Assembly (NCBI GenBank): GCA_018335195.1
Contig: JAGXKN010000013.1
Coordinates: 1,941-65,940 of the forward strand
Length of the DNA: 64,000 bases
Direction: 5' to 3'
Source of the DNA: Desulfobacterales bacterium
GTDB lineage: Bacteria > Desulfobacterota > Desulfobacteria > Desulfobacterales > Desulfosalsimonadaceae
Under the pieces are notes generated by a model. It was not told the origin of the DNA, did no database searches, and was given only the letters and a program-made list of their open reading frames with translations. This document shows positions 36,385 through 44,992 of this stretch, piece by piece. Each line of letters begins with the position of its first letter. The first letter of the stretch is position 1. The position numbers and the translations under genes were made by a program.

Positions 36385-37089
36385 TCAATTCTCCTCGCCG
36401 CACATCTCGCAGTCGACGTCTTCAAGCATTTCCTCGAAATACCGGATTTCCCGGCGGCGGATCATTGACCGGATTTGCTCCGGATCCAGGATCTCCGGCT
36501 GCTGATGGTAGGTTTTAAGCATCTTGACAATGTCCAGGCGGTCTGACAGGGCTTTTTCAGACCGGGGGCTTTTGGCGTAGCGATGCAGCTTCATAGCAAT
36601 GATGAGTTCCGGTTTCAATATGCGGAGGCTGCGCCCGTTCAGGGTCAGCGTATTTGTGGTTTCATCCGGGTTTTCAAGCACGCGGCGCACCAGTTTCCCG
36701 GAAATCGGCTTGCTGGCCTCGGACAGGAAATCCACGTAAAGCCGGGTTTTGCGGTGACGCAGGCTGTGGCTGTTCGAATCCGAGGTTTCAAAAAGCGCGT
36801 CCAGCATCTCCAGCTTGTCCGGCGGGATCTCATCATTTAAAAAATCCGTGAAATCCTGCGCGGGAAGGATGATATCCACATCAAAGGTCACCCTGGGCTC
36901 CACCGGCGGCTGAATATACTTGGAGGCGGCAAGCGCCCCCATGAGCACGGCGTTTTCATAAACACGCGAAATGTCGATCAAAACCCGGTCAAAATTGTTG
37001 ACCCGGTGGTCTTCGGAAAAATATTCCAGAAAATGTTCAGCCACGATGAAACATTGCGTCTGATCGCAGGAGACAATCTGCTGGGGCAT
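36385..37089 (-). CDS. hypothetical protein with a nucleotidyltransferase-fold-like signature
   Basis: MGALAASKY...RVTFDVDIIL resembles the G[GS]x9-13DxD NTase motif (MNT/AbiEii-like). No partner gene is seen. Confidence 0.35.
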   Translation of the reverse strand: MPQQIVSCDQTQCFIVAEHFLEYFSEDHRVNNFDRVLIDISRVYENAVLMGALAASKYIQPPVEPRVTFDVDIILPAQDFTDFLNDEIPPDKLEMLDALFETSDSNSHSLRHRKTRLYVDFLSEASKPISGKLVRRVLENPDETTNTLTLNGRSLRILKPELIIAMKLHRYAKSPRSEKALSDRLDIVKMLKTYHQQPEILDPEQIRSMIRRREIRYFEEMLEDVDCEMCGEEN

Positions 37090-37273
37090 AGCGCGACTCC
37101 TGTATGCTGAAATTTACGGTTTCGGTTTTGCCTTTGTTTTCATACGGATTTGCGGATAATGACAATTTTTTTGTTAGCAACAAGATCATTGATCTCTTTA
37201 TAAGGATATTGCATGTATGATAGCGTATAATTTTAAAAATACAACCGACAACCGCAGAACCAAGGAGGCCGGC

Positions 37274-37477
37274 ATGTCCGATCGCGTCATTATTTACGGA
37301 AAAGCGGGTTGACCCTACACGGAAAAAGCTCGTGAAGCTTACAAGGATCACACCTATGTCAACGTCAAAAGTGACAGGGAAAAACTTGACGAAATGCTAA
37401 AACTCTCCGATGGTCGACGCAAGGTGCCGGTCATTGTGAACGGGGATTCTGTCACGGTTGGCTACGGCGGCTCCTGA
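37274..37477 (+). CDS. glutaredoxin-like selenoprotein candidate (in-frame UGA at 37310-37312)
   Basis: AAGGAGG lies 6 nt before the ATG. Translation is MSDRVIIYGKAG-U-PYTEKAREAY...RRKVPVIVNGDSVTVGYGGS. The UGA sits where the first Cys of Grx CPYC lies, and a hairpin lies 13 nt downstream. Confidence 0.7.
37326..37340 (+). promoter_or_regulatory. candidate bacterial SECIS hairpin for the Grx-like gene
   Basis: AAGCU-CGUGA-AGCUU, a 5-bp stem with a G/U-containing loop, starting 13 nt after the UGA. The stem is weak and AU-rich. Confidence 0.4.
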
Positions 37478-37576
37478 GGGGTCTGATGCTTAAGGCCGTG
37501 TTGCCTTACACGCATTTACGAATATCTTCAAAATCGGATGGACATCAACGGGATTGCCCGGGAACAAGGCTCCCTA

Positions 37577-37629
37577 GGGGCGGAATTGTGTGTTTGTCCT
37601 TTTCCCGGGCGGACACACAGGTCCGCCCC
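37577..37629 (+). other. long imperfect hairpin downstream of the Grx-like gene
   Basis: GGGGCGGA (37577-84) pairs with TCCGCCCC (37622-29). Inner pairings are TGTG/CACA and TGTCC/GGACA. There is no U-tract. Confidence 0.4.
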
Positions 37630-37821
37630 CACATGCTGTCATTGCCATTCTTTTGCAAAAATGAATCATGCGCCCCGGGACGGATTTGGCATCCGCAGCC
37701 TGCCGCAGTTTCCCCGGGCTCATCAAAAACTTGATATTATGGGAACATACTGCTATGAGAGGAAGTCAGTTCGCTGTCACCAGACCAACGGACAGATGGA
37801 TAAAACCGGAAATAAGCGGCC

Positions 37822-38172
37822 ATGAAACTCAAGAGCGAAACCATTGACGACGTGGTTGTCATTACCGTATTGGCGGATGCGCTCGATGCGGGAAACGTCG
37901 CGGATTTTAAATCCAGCATCACCCCCTTGCTCGAAGATTCCCGCAAGGTGGCCCTGGACATGAACCGGATCAAATTCATGGACAGCTCGGGCGTAGGGGC
38001 GATGCTTGCGTGCCTGCGCATCCTGCATACCCGGAACGGAGAACTCAAGCTGTTTAACCTGAGAAGGCAACTGACAGAATTATTCAAACTGGTGCGTCTC
38101 GACCGGATTATCGACATCCACGAGTCCAGAAAATCGGCGATCAAGGCGTTTCAGGAACCGGCCAGCGGATAG
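37822..38172 (+). CDS. STAS domain anti-sigma-factor antagonist (SpoIIAA-like)
   Basis: A 116-aa ORF with FMDSSGVGAML, which contains the conserved phosphorylatable Ser context. Confidence 0.8.
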   Translation: MKLKSETIDDVVVITVLADALDAGNVADFKSSITPLLEDSRKVALDMNRIKFMDSSGVGAMLACLRILHTRNGELKLFNLRRQLTELFKLVRLDRIIDIHESRKSAIKAFQEPASG

Positions 38173-38462
38173 AGACAACCGCATCATCCCGGGGAACCCC
38201 TGCCCAATGACAAACACGAACAACTCCCATACCGGGGAAAACAAACCGCACGCGGCTTCGACGAAAATCCGGATCCCGCTGTTTCCCCCGTTTTACCGGC
38301 TGCCCGGGCCCGCTGGTGATATGCCGGACCGGATCCCGGCAGCTCGAGCCCGAACATCACCGGTATGTAAACATGAATTTCAACATGACATGAGCATCGT
38401 GCCCGATAACCGAACCGGCAACGCGCTGCAAAACCAACCAGCCTGGCAAGGAGTTTTTTCAA

Positions 38463-39653
38463 ATGGATGACTACATGAACAACAAGATTTCCACCCGCGC
38501 GGTTCATTCCGGCGAGGTCCGGTTCAACGAATACGGGTCCGTGACCACACCGATCGTCCAGACCTCGACGTTTATCTTCAAGAACGTGGAAGAAATCCGG
38601 AAACTCGCCGAGGGCGACATTGAACGCTTCGAATACGGAAGATACGGGCACCCCACCCAGCTGGCGGCCGAACGCAAGCTGGCCGCGCTCGAGGAGGCCG
38701 AGGACTCGGTGTTGTTCTCCTCGGGCATGAGCGCCATTACCACTTCCCTTTTCATGCTGCTCAAGGCCGGCGACCACCTGATCATCACGGATGACGCCTA
38801 CAAGCGCACCCTGGACTTCTGCAAGTCCTACCTGGGGCGTTATAATATCGAATGCACCGTGGTCCGGATGTGCGACTACGAGGCCATGGAAAACGCCATT
38901 AAGCCCAACACCAAGGTATTTTTCTCAGAGTCGCCCACCAACCCGTACCTGAACATCATGGACCTGGAGCGGCTCATGGAGATCTTCGGCAAAAGGGACA
39001 TCACCGTGATCTCGGATTCCACTTTCGCCACCCCTTTTAACCAGAAACCCCTGGAATACGGGGTGCACTTGGTGATCCACAGCGCCACCAAGTACCTGGC
39101 CGGGCACAACGACCTGCTCTCCGGGGTTTTGCTCGGCAAAAAGGAACTCACGGATCCCATCCGGGAATTCCTGAAAATCACCGGCGGCGTGATCGACCCC
39201 AACTCCTCGTACCTTCTGATCCGCGGGCTCAAAACCTTCCCGCTGCGAATGGAGCGATTAAACAGCAATGCCCAGGTCGTGGCCGAACACCTGGAGGAAA
39301 ACAGCAAAATCAAGCGGGTGTATTACCCGGGACTTGACAGCCACCCCCACCATGACGTGGCAAAGCGCCAGATGAAAGGCTTCGGGGCTGTGGTCACATT
39401 CGAGGTCAAGGATGATGCCGAATATGTGCTCAATTTTTTAAGCCGGCTCAAAATCCTGAGCATCGGGCCCAGCCTGGGCGGGGTGGAATCCCTGATCACC
39501 CATCCGGCCACCATCAGCTATTACATGCACGCCCCGGAAGAACGGGTGGAACTGGGCATCAAGGACGGCCTGATCCGGCTTGCCGTGGGCATTGAGGACC
39601 CGCGCGACATTGTCGACGATATTGACCAGGCCCTTGCCGGGGCGGAGGAATAA
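38463..39653 (+). CDS. Cys/Met-metabolism PLP-dependent enzyme (cystathionine gamma-synthase / O-acylhomoserine sulfhydrylase / gamma-lyase family)
   Basis: PLP-lysine motif SATKYLAGHND, N-terminal TRAVHSGE, and AAGGAG 9 nt upstream of the ATG. Confidence 0.85.
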   Translation: MDDYMNNKISTRAVHSGEVRFNEYGSVTTPIVQTSTFIFKNVEEIRKLAEGDIERFEYGRYGHPTQLAAERKLAALEEAEDSVLFSSGMSAITTSLFMLLKAGDHLIITDDAYKRTLDFCKSYLGRYNIECTVVRMCDYEAMENAIKPNTKVFFSESPTNPYLNIMDLERLMEIFGKRDITVISDSTFATPFNQKPLEYGVHLVIHSATKYLAGHNDLLSGVLLGKKELTDPIREFLKITGGVIDPNSSYLLIRGLKTFPLRMERLNSNAQVVAEHLEENSKIKRVYYPGLDSHPHHDVAKRQMKGFGAVVTFEVKDDAEYVLNFLSRLKILSIGPSLGGVESLITHPATISYYMHAPEERVELGIKDGLIRLAVGIEDPRDIVDDIDQALAGAEE

Positions 39654-39734
39654 AGTCGACAGGCAAAACGGTTTGCTCATCCATAGACCTTGACAGGGGA
39701 TAAACTGCATGCTATGGATGTTTCGTCTTAAAGC

Positions 39735-39811
39735 CGGGGCGTAGCGCAGTCTGGAAGCGCACTTGCATGGGGTGCAAGGTGTCGCAGGTTCAAATCCTGC
39801 CGCCCCGACCA
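39735..39811 (+). tRNA. tRNA-Pro (anticodon GGG)
   Basis: Manual cloverleaf. The acceptor CGGGGCG pairs with CGCCCCG and the D-stem is GCGC/GCGC. The anticodon stem is CTTGC/GCAAG with loop AUGGGGU. The T-arm is GCAGG-TTCAAAT-CCTGC, with discriminator A and an encoded CCA. Confidence 0.9.
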
Positions 39812-39823
39812 ATGATTTCAAAG

Positions 39824-39852
39824 GGCTATGGAATATCCATAGCCTTTTTTTT
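39824..39852 (+). terminator. rho-independent terminator after tRNA-Pro
   Basis: GGCTATGGA (39824-32) pairs with TCCATAGCC (39836-44) and is followed by T8. Confidence 0.8.
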
Positions 39853-40007
39853 ATGCCCTTTCCGGAGATAGCGGCCCGTTTTTCGGGCCCGTATTTTTTC
39901 CTTGAACTCAAAAGAAAAGGGCCGTGCAAAAATTCCACCCGGCTTTTCAGTCTGAACGATAAAGCCTTTTATTATTCAATTATATAGGCATCCTTCTGCA
40001 TCCATTT

Positions 40008-40345
40008 TTCATGGCTTCGGAAAAAGCTGTTTATTCCGCCGCGGCGGCATTTTTGCAGAAAGAGAATCCGTAAGCACCTTGGCTGATCGGCGGCGCGAAA
40101 AAGGCGTTTCCTCGCTCCAGGAGCCTCTTCGAGCCTTAATTTCCGCTTGGAAACCCGCTTTTCTGCACCGCCGTCAGGGCAACGAAGTGCAATTTCGTTA
40201 GAGCGCAAAAAAAGGATTTCCTTGGAAGTCTTAAAAATGTTATGCTCGACAAACAATAAAAAGATAAGTTTTTGATTTTACCTAAACACTTAACCATTTA
40301 AAACTTAACACTGCCTGTAAAAAGGACTTTTTACAGGCTTATCAT
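40008..40345 (+). repeat. interspersed structured repeat, copy 3 (full length)
   Basis: The core 40016-40230 is about 96% like copies 1 and 2 by eye. The tail has the same phased A(C/T)(C/T)TAA x4 array (40280-40308) and an identical hairpin at 40314-40337. Confidence 0.85.
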
Positions 40346-40352
40346 TTTTCAG

Positions 40353-40793
40353 TCAAAAATCCGGCCGAAAAAACCGGGTGAGATAAAACACGTAAAATCC
40401 GGCAAAAAGACCCTGGGCGGTTCCCCACGCGATATCCACCACGGATATAAACGCCGGGTAGCCTTTAACAAAGGACAGGTTGGTCAGATCATAGGTGCAG
40501 TAAAGGGCAAACCCGGCAAACGCACCCGTGCAAACGGCTGCAGCAAGGCGGTTTTCCACCATGATCGCCAGAGAAACAAACACCGCAAGGCCCAGAGCGA
40601 TGATTGCCTGGGCCAGGATCCCCACCTGCAAGTTAAACACGATCCGCCCGTTTTCAACGGATGCCAGATAGCTCAACTGCCTGAAATAAAGGTGCCGGGC
40701 AACAACGGCCAGCCACAGCATGTCAAGCACGATAAAAATAAAAATCGATATCCCGGCGACCTTGAAAAACGCGGCGGAAAAAAAATAGTGCAT
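40353..40793 (-). CDS. DUF2177 family membrane protein
   Basis: A 146-aa, 4-TM protein. The family call rests on sequence gestalt and on its usual neighbourhood with CFA-synthase/DUF1365/DUF1295 genes. Confidence 0.55.
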   Translation of the reverse strand: MHYFFSAAFFKVAGISIFIFIVLDMLWLAVVARHLYFRQLSYLASVENGRIVFNLQVGILAQAIIALGLAVFVSLAIMVENRLAAAVCTGAFAGFALYCTYDLTNLSFVKGYPAFISVVDIAWGTAQGLFAGFYVFYLTRFFRPDF

Positions 40794-40918
40794 TATTGGA
40801 CTCCTTTTTTTTCATAGATAATCATCACGCCATGATTATCTTAAATTAAGCCCAGCATAGACATCATGCAAAACGATTTTCCTTGTTTCTTTGAACACCT
40901 ATTCGAAAAGGACGGCAG

Positions 40919-41491
40919 GTGAAAACAAGACACCGGGTCTGGATTGTTGGCCTGCTGGCATGGCTCCTGATACCGGTTCAGGCAGCCGGTGCTGGCGAAA
41001 ATGCGTTTGCCGAACAAAAAAACATTGATGGCTATACGCTGACCTTACGCGGCACAGGCGTATTGCGCTACATGGTCTTTATTAAGGCTTACCAGGGCGC
41101 ATTTTATCTGCACCAGGACAAAACGGCAAACCAGGCCCTGGATGAGCGGGCGGCCCGCTGCCTAGTGCTTCATTATTTTCAGCCCATCAAGGCCGCCGAC
41201 TTTGCCGAGGCCACCACGGAAATGATCAAGAAGAACGTATCACCGGGTCGCTTTGCATCCCTTTTGCCAAAAATCGAAAAATTCAACACCTTTTACCGCG
41301 ACATCACTCCCGGAGACCGTTATACGGCCGCATACATCCCCGAAAACGGAACCCGCCTCTGGCTGAACGACGATTTGCTGGGCATGGTGGAAGGCGCTGA
41401 ATTTGCTTCGGGGTTTTTTGCCATCTGGATCGGCAAAAATCCGATAGACAGGAACTTCCGGGATCACATGCTGGGAAAGCACCGGCCGTGA
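40919..41491 (+). CDS. chalcone isomerase-like family protein (secreted)
   Basis: GTG start, a signal peptide, and LTLRGTGVLRYMVFIKAYQGAFYL typical of the bacterial Chalcone_3 family. Confidence 0.6.
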   Translation: MKTRHRVWIVGLLAWLLIPVQAAGAGENAFAEQKNIDGYTLTLRGTGVLRYMVFIKAYQGAFYLHQDKTANQALDERAARCLVLHYFQPIKAADFAEATTEMIKKNVSPGRFASLLPKIEKFNTFYRDITPGDRYTAAYIPENGTRLWLNDDLLGMVEGAEFASGFFAIWIGKNPIDRNFRDHMLGKHRP

Positions 41492-42900
41492 GAAAGCTTT
41501 CCACCGCATCAAAGGCGGCCTATTCCGCCCCGGCGTTTGCACTGGCAGTAGTTGGGATTCCCGTATACGTCTACATTCCGAAATTTTACACCGATGTGGT
41601 GGGGGTTCACATCTCCGCTCTGGGCGCCATTCTTTTGATCGTCCGGCTGTTTGACGCGTTTACCGACCCGGTGATCGGCATTTTCTCAGACCGGTTGAAC
41701 ACGCCCATGGGCCGGCGGCGGCCGCTTATCGCCGCGGGCGGCGTGCTTACGGTTTTTGCCATCGCGCTTTTGTTCAACCCGCCCGGGGCAATGGGCGCCC
41801 ATTCGGCCGGGCTGTATTTCATGGCCCTGATATTTGCCTTGTTCTTATTCTGGACAGTGGTCATTGTCCCGTATGAATCCCTGGGACCGGAGCTGACCTT
41901 TGACTATAACGAACGCACCGCCCTGTTTTCCACGCGCGACGGTGCGCTGATTGCAGGCACCGTTATTGCCGCTGCAATGCCGGGGGCAGTCCGGTGGGCC
42001 GCAGGGCTGGACAGCAGCCCGGCCGGTGAACGGCAAACCTTTTTTATCCTGTCTCTGATTTATATTCCTTTGATCCTGGGAGCCTGCACATGGTGCGTGG
42101 CGGCTTTCCGGGAGCGGCCCCGGGCGGCCGTGCGTTCAGATCTACGGATTGTTGCATGGATCCGTGCAAGCCTGGCAAACCGGCCCTTTCGGATTCTTTT
42201 GATCGCATACACCATCAGCGCCATCGGCAACAACCTGCCGGCAACACTGATTCTGTATTACGTGGAGTACGTGCTTGGCTCCCCCAGGGCGGATTTGTTC
42301 CTTGCCCTGTATTTCGTTACAGGCATTGTTTTTCTGCCCATGTGGGTGTACCTGGCCCGCCGGACCGGTAAAAAGGCTGCCTGGATCGCTTCCATGGCGA
42401 TTAACACCGGGGCGTTTTTCTGGGTTTTCTTTCTGGGCGCCGGCGATGAAACTTTATACGGGATTCTGGTTTTTCTCTCCGGCATCGGTTTCGGGGCCAC
42501 GCTTGCCATTCCCTCTGCCATCCAGGCCGACGTGATCGACTATGACGAGCTGCTCGCCGGAGAGCGGCGGGAGGGGCTGTATATCAGCCTTTGGTCGATT
42601 GCCAAAAAACTGGCGGCTGCCGCAGGCGTCGGTTTTGGCCTGGCCCTGCTCGGGGGTTCCGGGTACCGGCCGGGAGTCGTTCAATCCGATTCCGTGGTTT
42701 TAACCTTGCGCGTTCTCTATGCGCTGGTTCCCTGCCTGTGCAATGCGCTTGCCATTGTAATTGCCCTTTACTACCCTATCAGCGGGGAGATTCACAGGCA
42801 AATCCGGGGGGCCATCGGCGAGCGGGCCGCAGGACGGGCGGTGGAGGATCCGCTGGTTCCCGGACGCATCATTGGCCAGGCAGGGGCAGGCCGGGGATAA
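41488..42900 (+). CDS. MFS transporter (GPH/glycoside-pentoside-hexuronide-like)
   Basis: About 12 TM helices, with LIVRLFDAFTDPVIGIFSDR and GRRRP motifs typical of GPH symporters. It has a 4-nt overlap with the upstream gene. Confidence 0.75.
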   Translation: MRKLSTASKAAYSAPAFALAVVGIPVYVYIPKFYTDVVGVHISALGAILLIVRLFDAFTDPVIGIFSDRLNTPMGRRRPLIAAGGVLTVFAIALLFNPPGAMGAHSAGLYFMALIFALFLFWTVVIVPYESLGPELTFDYNERTALFSTRDGALIAGTVIAAAMPGAVRWAAGLDSSPAGERQTFFILSLIYIPLILGACTWCVAAFRERPRAAVRSDLRIVAWIRASLANRPFRILLIAYTISAIGNNLPATLILYYVEYVLGSPRADLFLALYFVTGIVFLPMWVYLARRTGKKAAWIASMAINTGAFFWVFFLGAGDETLYGILVFLSGIGFGATLAIPSAIQADVIDYDELLAGERREGLYISLWSIAKKLAAAAGVGFGLALLGGSGYRPGVVQSDSVVLTLRVLYALVPCLCNALAIVIALYYPISGEIHRQIRGAIGERAAGRAVEDPLVPGRIIGQAGAGRG

Positions 42901-42927
42901 ACTGCCAACCAACAGGAAGTTGTTGTT

Positions 42928-43740
42928 ATGGAGATCGTGATTTTATTTGCCGTGAATCTGGCAGCAGTTGCCGGGTTTATGACTGTCGGCTGGGTGATCA
43001 GCCTGATGCGCAGAAATGCCGCCATTGCCGATGCCCTTTGGGGGCTGGGTTTTGTACTCGTTGCCTGGCTGACGTTTTTTCAGGCAGACGGGTTTTTCCA
43101 GCGCAAACTCATGCTCGCCCTGCTGGTGACCATCTGGGGCATGCGCCTGTTTGTCCATATCGCCACGCGCAGCCTTGGTAAAGGCGAAGATCCGCGATAT
43201 GCCGCCTGGCGGGCGCAATACGGGCAAAGGTTCTGGCTGGTGAGCCTCTACAGGGTGTTTCTGGTGCAGGCGCTCTTCCTGTGGGTCATTGCCATCGGCG
43301 TGCAGTACGGCCAGATTGCCGCACAGCCCGCCCGCCTGACATGGCTGGATGCGGCGGGTTTGTTGATCTGGCTTGCCGGCTTGGTCATTGAGGCTGTGGC
43401 CGATTACCAGCTGCGGCGCTTTCTGGCCGCCCCGGAAAACCGGGGCCGTGTGATGGATCAGGGCCTCTGGCGTTACAGCCGGCACCCCAACTATTTCGGC
43501 GAAACCCTGGTCTGGTGGGGCATTTTTGTTATCGTGCTGTCTGCATCCCGGGGATTTTTGACCATTGTCAGTCCGCTGGTAATTACGTACACGTTGCTGC
43601 GGCTGACCGGTGTATCTCTCATGGAAGAAACCGAGTTTTCCGAAAACCCGGAATACCAAGCATACATCAGGCGGACAAACGCGTTTGTGCCCTGGTTCCC
43701 AAGGACTCGCCAAGAAAAAGGAGCCGATCATGACAAATGA
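42928..43740 (+). CDS. DUF1295 (steroid 5-alpha-reductase-like) membrane protein
   Basis: The C-terminal block YSRHPNYFGETLVWWG is characteristic. Confidence 0.75.
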   Translation: MEIVILFAVNLAAVAGFMTVGWVISLMRRNAAIADALWGLGFVLVAWLTFFQADGFFQRKLMLALLVTIWGMRLFVHIATRSLGKGEDPRYAAWRAQYGQRFWLVSLYRVFLVQALFLWVIAIGVQYGQIAAQPARLTWLDAAGLLIWLAGLVIEAVADYQLRRFLAAPENRGRVMDQGLWRYSRHPNYFGETLVWWGIFVIVLSASRGFLTIVSPLVITYTLLRLTGVSLMEETEFSENPEYQAYIRRTNAFVPWFPRTRQEKGADHDK

Positions 43741-44992
43741 ATCCAGCCTGGATATTGCAGTGGCGGGCGGCGGGGTGGCCGGGATTGTTGCCGCATATTT
43801 GCTCAGCCGGCGCCACCGGGTGACCCTGTACGAAAAAAACAACTACGTGGGCGGCCACACCCACACGATCGAAGTCGATGAAGGCAACGGATTTCCTGCA
43901 TATGTGGATACGGGATTCATTGTTTTCAACGACCGCACATACCCGAATTTTATTCGTTTTATCGAGCAGCTGGGCGTCTCCCGGTTAAAAAGCGCCATGT
44001 CGTTTACTTACTGGGACCCCAACATCGGGTTCACCTACAACACCACGCGCCCCTTTGCAGACAAAAAGAACCTGCTGCGCCCGTCTTTCTGGCGCCTGCT
44101 TTTTGAAATCAACCGGTTTAACAAAACGACCCGGCGGTGGCTTGCAGAAAAACGTCTGGCAGACATGACCCTTAATCAATATCTGCGGCTGGCCGGATTT
44201 TCCGCGGCATTGGCCAGGCATTACGTCACTCCCGTGAGTGCCGCCATATGGTCCACCGGCGAGCGGGATATAATGGATTTTCCGGCGCAAACCTTTGCCC
44301 GGTTCTTTGAGAACCACGGTCTGCTGTCTTTTTCCGGCCATCCCCAATGGTATACGATCCAGGGAGGCAGCCATGCCTACGTCAAGGCGTTTTTAAAAAC
44401 ATTTCCGGGCACGGTGCATACCGGCCGGCCGGTCCGGAAAATCGCCCGTGAAAACGGGCGGGTGCGGCTGTGGACCGATGAGGCAGAAGCCACCCATGAC
44501 AAGGTGGTCATTGCCGCCCACGCAGACGAGGCGCTGGCAATGCTGGCAGATCCTTCCGATTCCGAGGCAAGTCTGCTTTCGGCTTGGCAATATGCCCAAA
44601 ACCGGGTCATCCTCCACCGGGACACCAGCTGCCTTCCACCCCTGCAGGGGACCTGGGGCTCATGGAATTACAGGCAGGGCCCAGAAAAGGCCGTCCGCGG
44701 CCCCGCAACCCTGACCTATTACATGAACCGGCTCCAGCAGCTGTCCTCAGCCAACCACTATTGCGTCACCCTGAACCCGGATCATCCCATAGGGCCGGGG
44801 CAGATTATCGCGGATCTCAATTATGCGCATCCCACGTTTGACAAAGGCGCTGCGGAGACCCAGCCGGATCTGCCGCAGTTAAACGGCATAAACAACACCT
44901 GGTTTTGCGGCAGTTATTTTCGTTACGGCTTTCACGAAGACGCGGTAATGTCGGCTGCAGCCGTGGGGCGGGATTTCGGAGTTGAACTATGA
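43730..44992 (+). CDS. FAD-dependent oxidoreductase (amine-oxidase/desaturase-like)
   Basis: The start MTNESSLDIAVAGGGVAGIVAAYLL at 43730 overlaps the DUF1295 stop by 11 nt. The GxGxxG dinucleotide fold is followed by YEKNNYVGGHT. Confidence 0.8.
   Translation: MTNESSLDIAVAGGGVAGIVAAYLLSRRHRVTLYEKNNYVGGHTHTIEVDEGNGFPAYVDTGFIVFNDRTYPNFIRFIEQLGVSRLKSAMSFTYWDPNIGFTYNTTRPFADKKNLLRPSFWRLLFEINRFNKTTRRWLAEKRLADMTLNQYLRLAGFSAALARHYVTPVSAAIWSTGERDIMDFPAQTFARFFENHGLLSFSGHPQWYTIQGGSHAYVKAFLKTFPGTVHTGRPVRKIARENGRVRLWTDEAEATHDKVVIAAHADEALAMLADPSDSEASLLSAWQYAQNRVILHRDTSCLPPLQGTWGSWNYRQGPEKAVRGPATLTYYMNRLQQLSSANHYCVTLNPDHPIGPGQIIADLNYAHPTFDKGAAETQPDLPQLNGINNTWFCGSYFRYGFHEDAVMSAAAVGRDFGVEL

Noticed and set aside
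37688-37706. A sigma-54-like TGGCAT...GC element lies upstream of the STAS gene.
   Set aside because: The GG and GC dinucleotides are not separated by the canonical 10 nt, and the -12 region lacks TTGC. The match is not convincing.
39438-39938. A 166-aa minus-strand ORF spans the end of the PLP-enzyme gene and the tRNA region.
   Set aside because: It overlaps a cleanly folding tRNA-Pro and its terminator on the opposite strand, and it has no protein-family features.
39735-40345. tRNA-Pro was considered as an integration site (attB) for a genomic island, given the adjacent repeat and the IS110 about 4 kb upstream.
   Set aside because: There is no integrase gene, no direct repeat of the tRNA 3' end nearby, and the flanking genes on both sides look like ordinary chromosomal genes. 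The repeat also occurs at non-tRNA sites.
29676-40345. The three direct repeat copies spaced 4-6 kb apart were considered as a chromosomal integron-like cassette array (attC-type repeats).
   Set aside because: Each segment between repeats contains several genes on both strands rather than single promoterless cassettes. No integron integrase is present, and the repeats lack the R''-L''/L'-R' attC symmetry.
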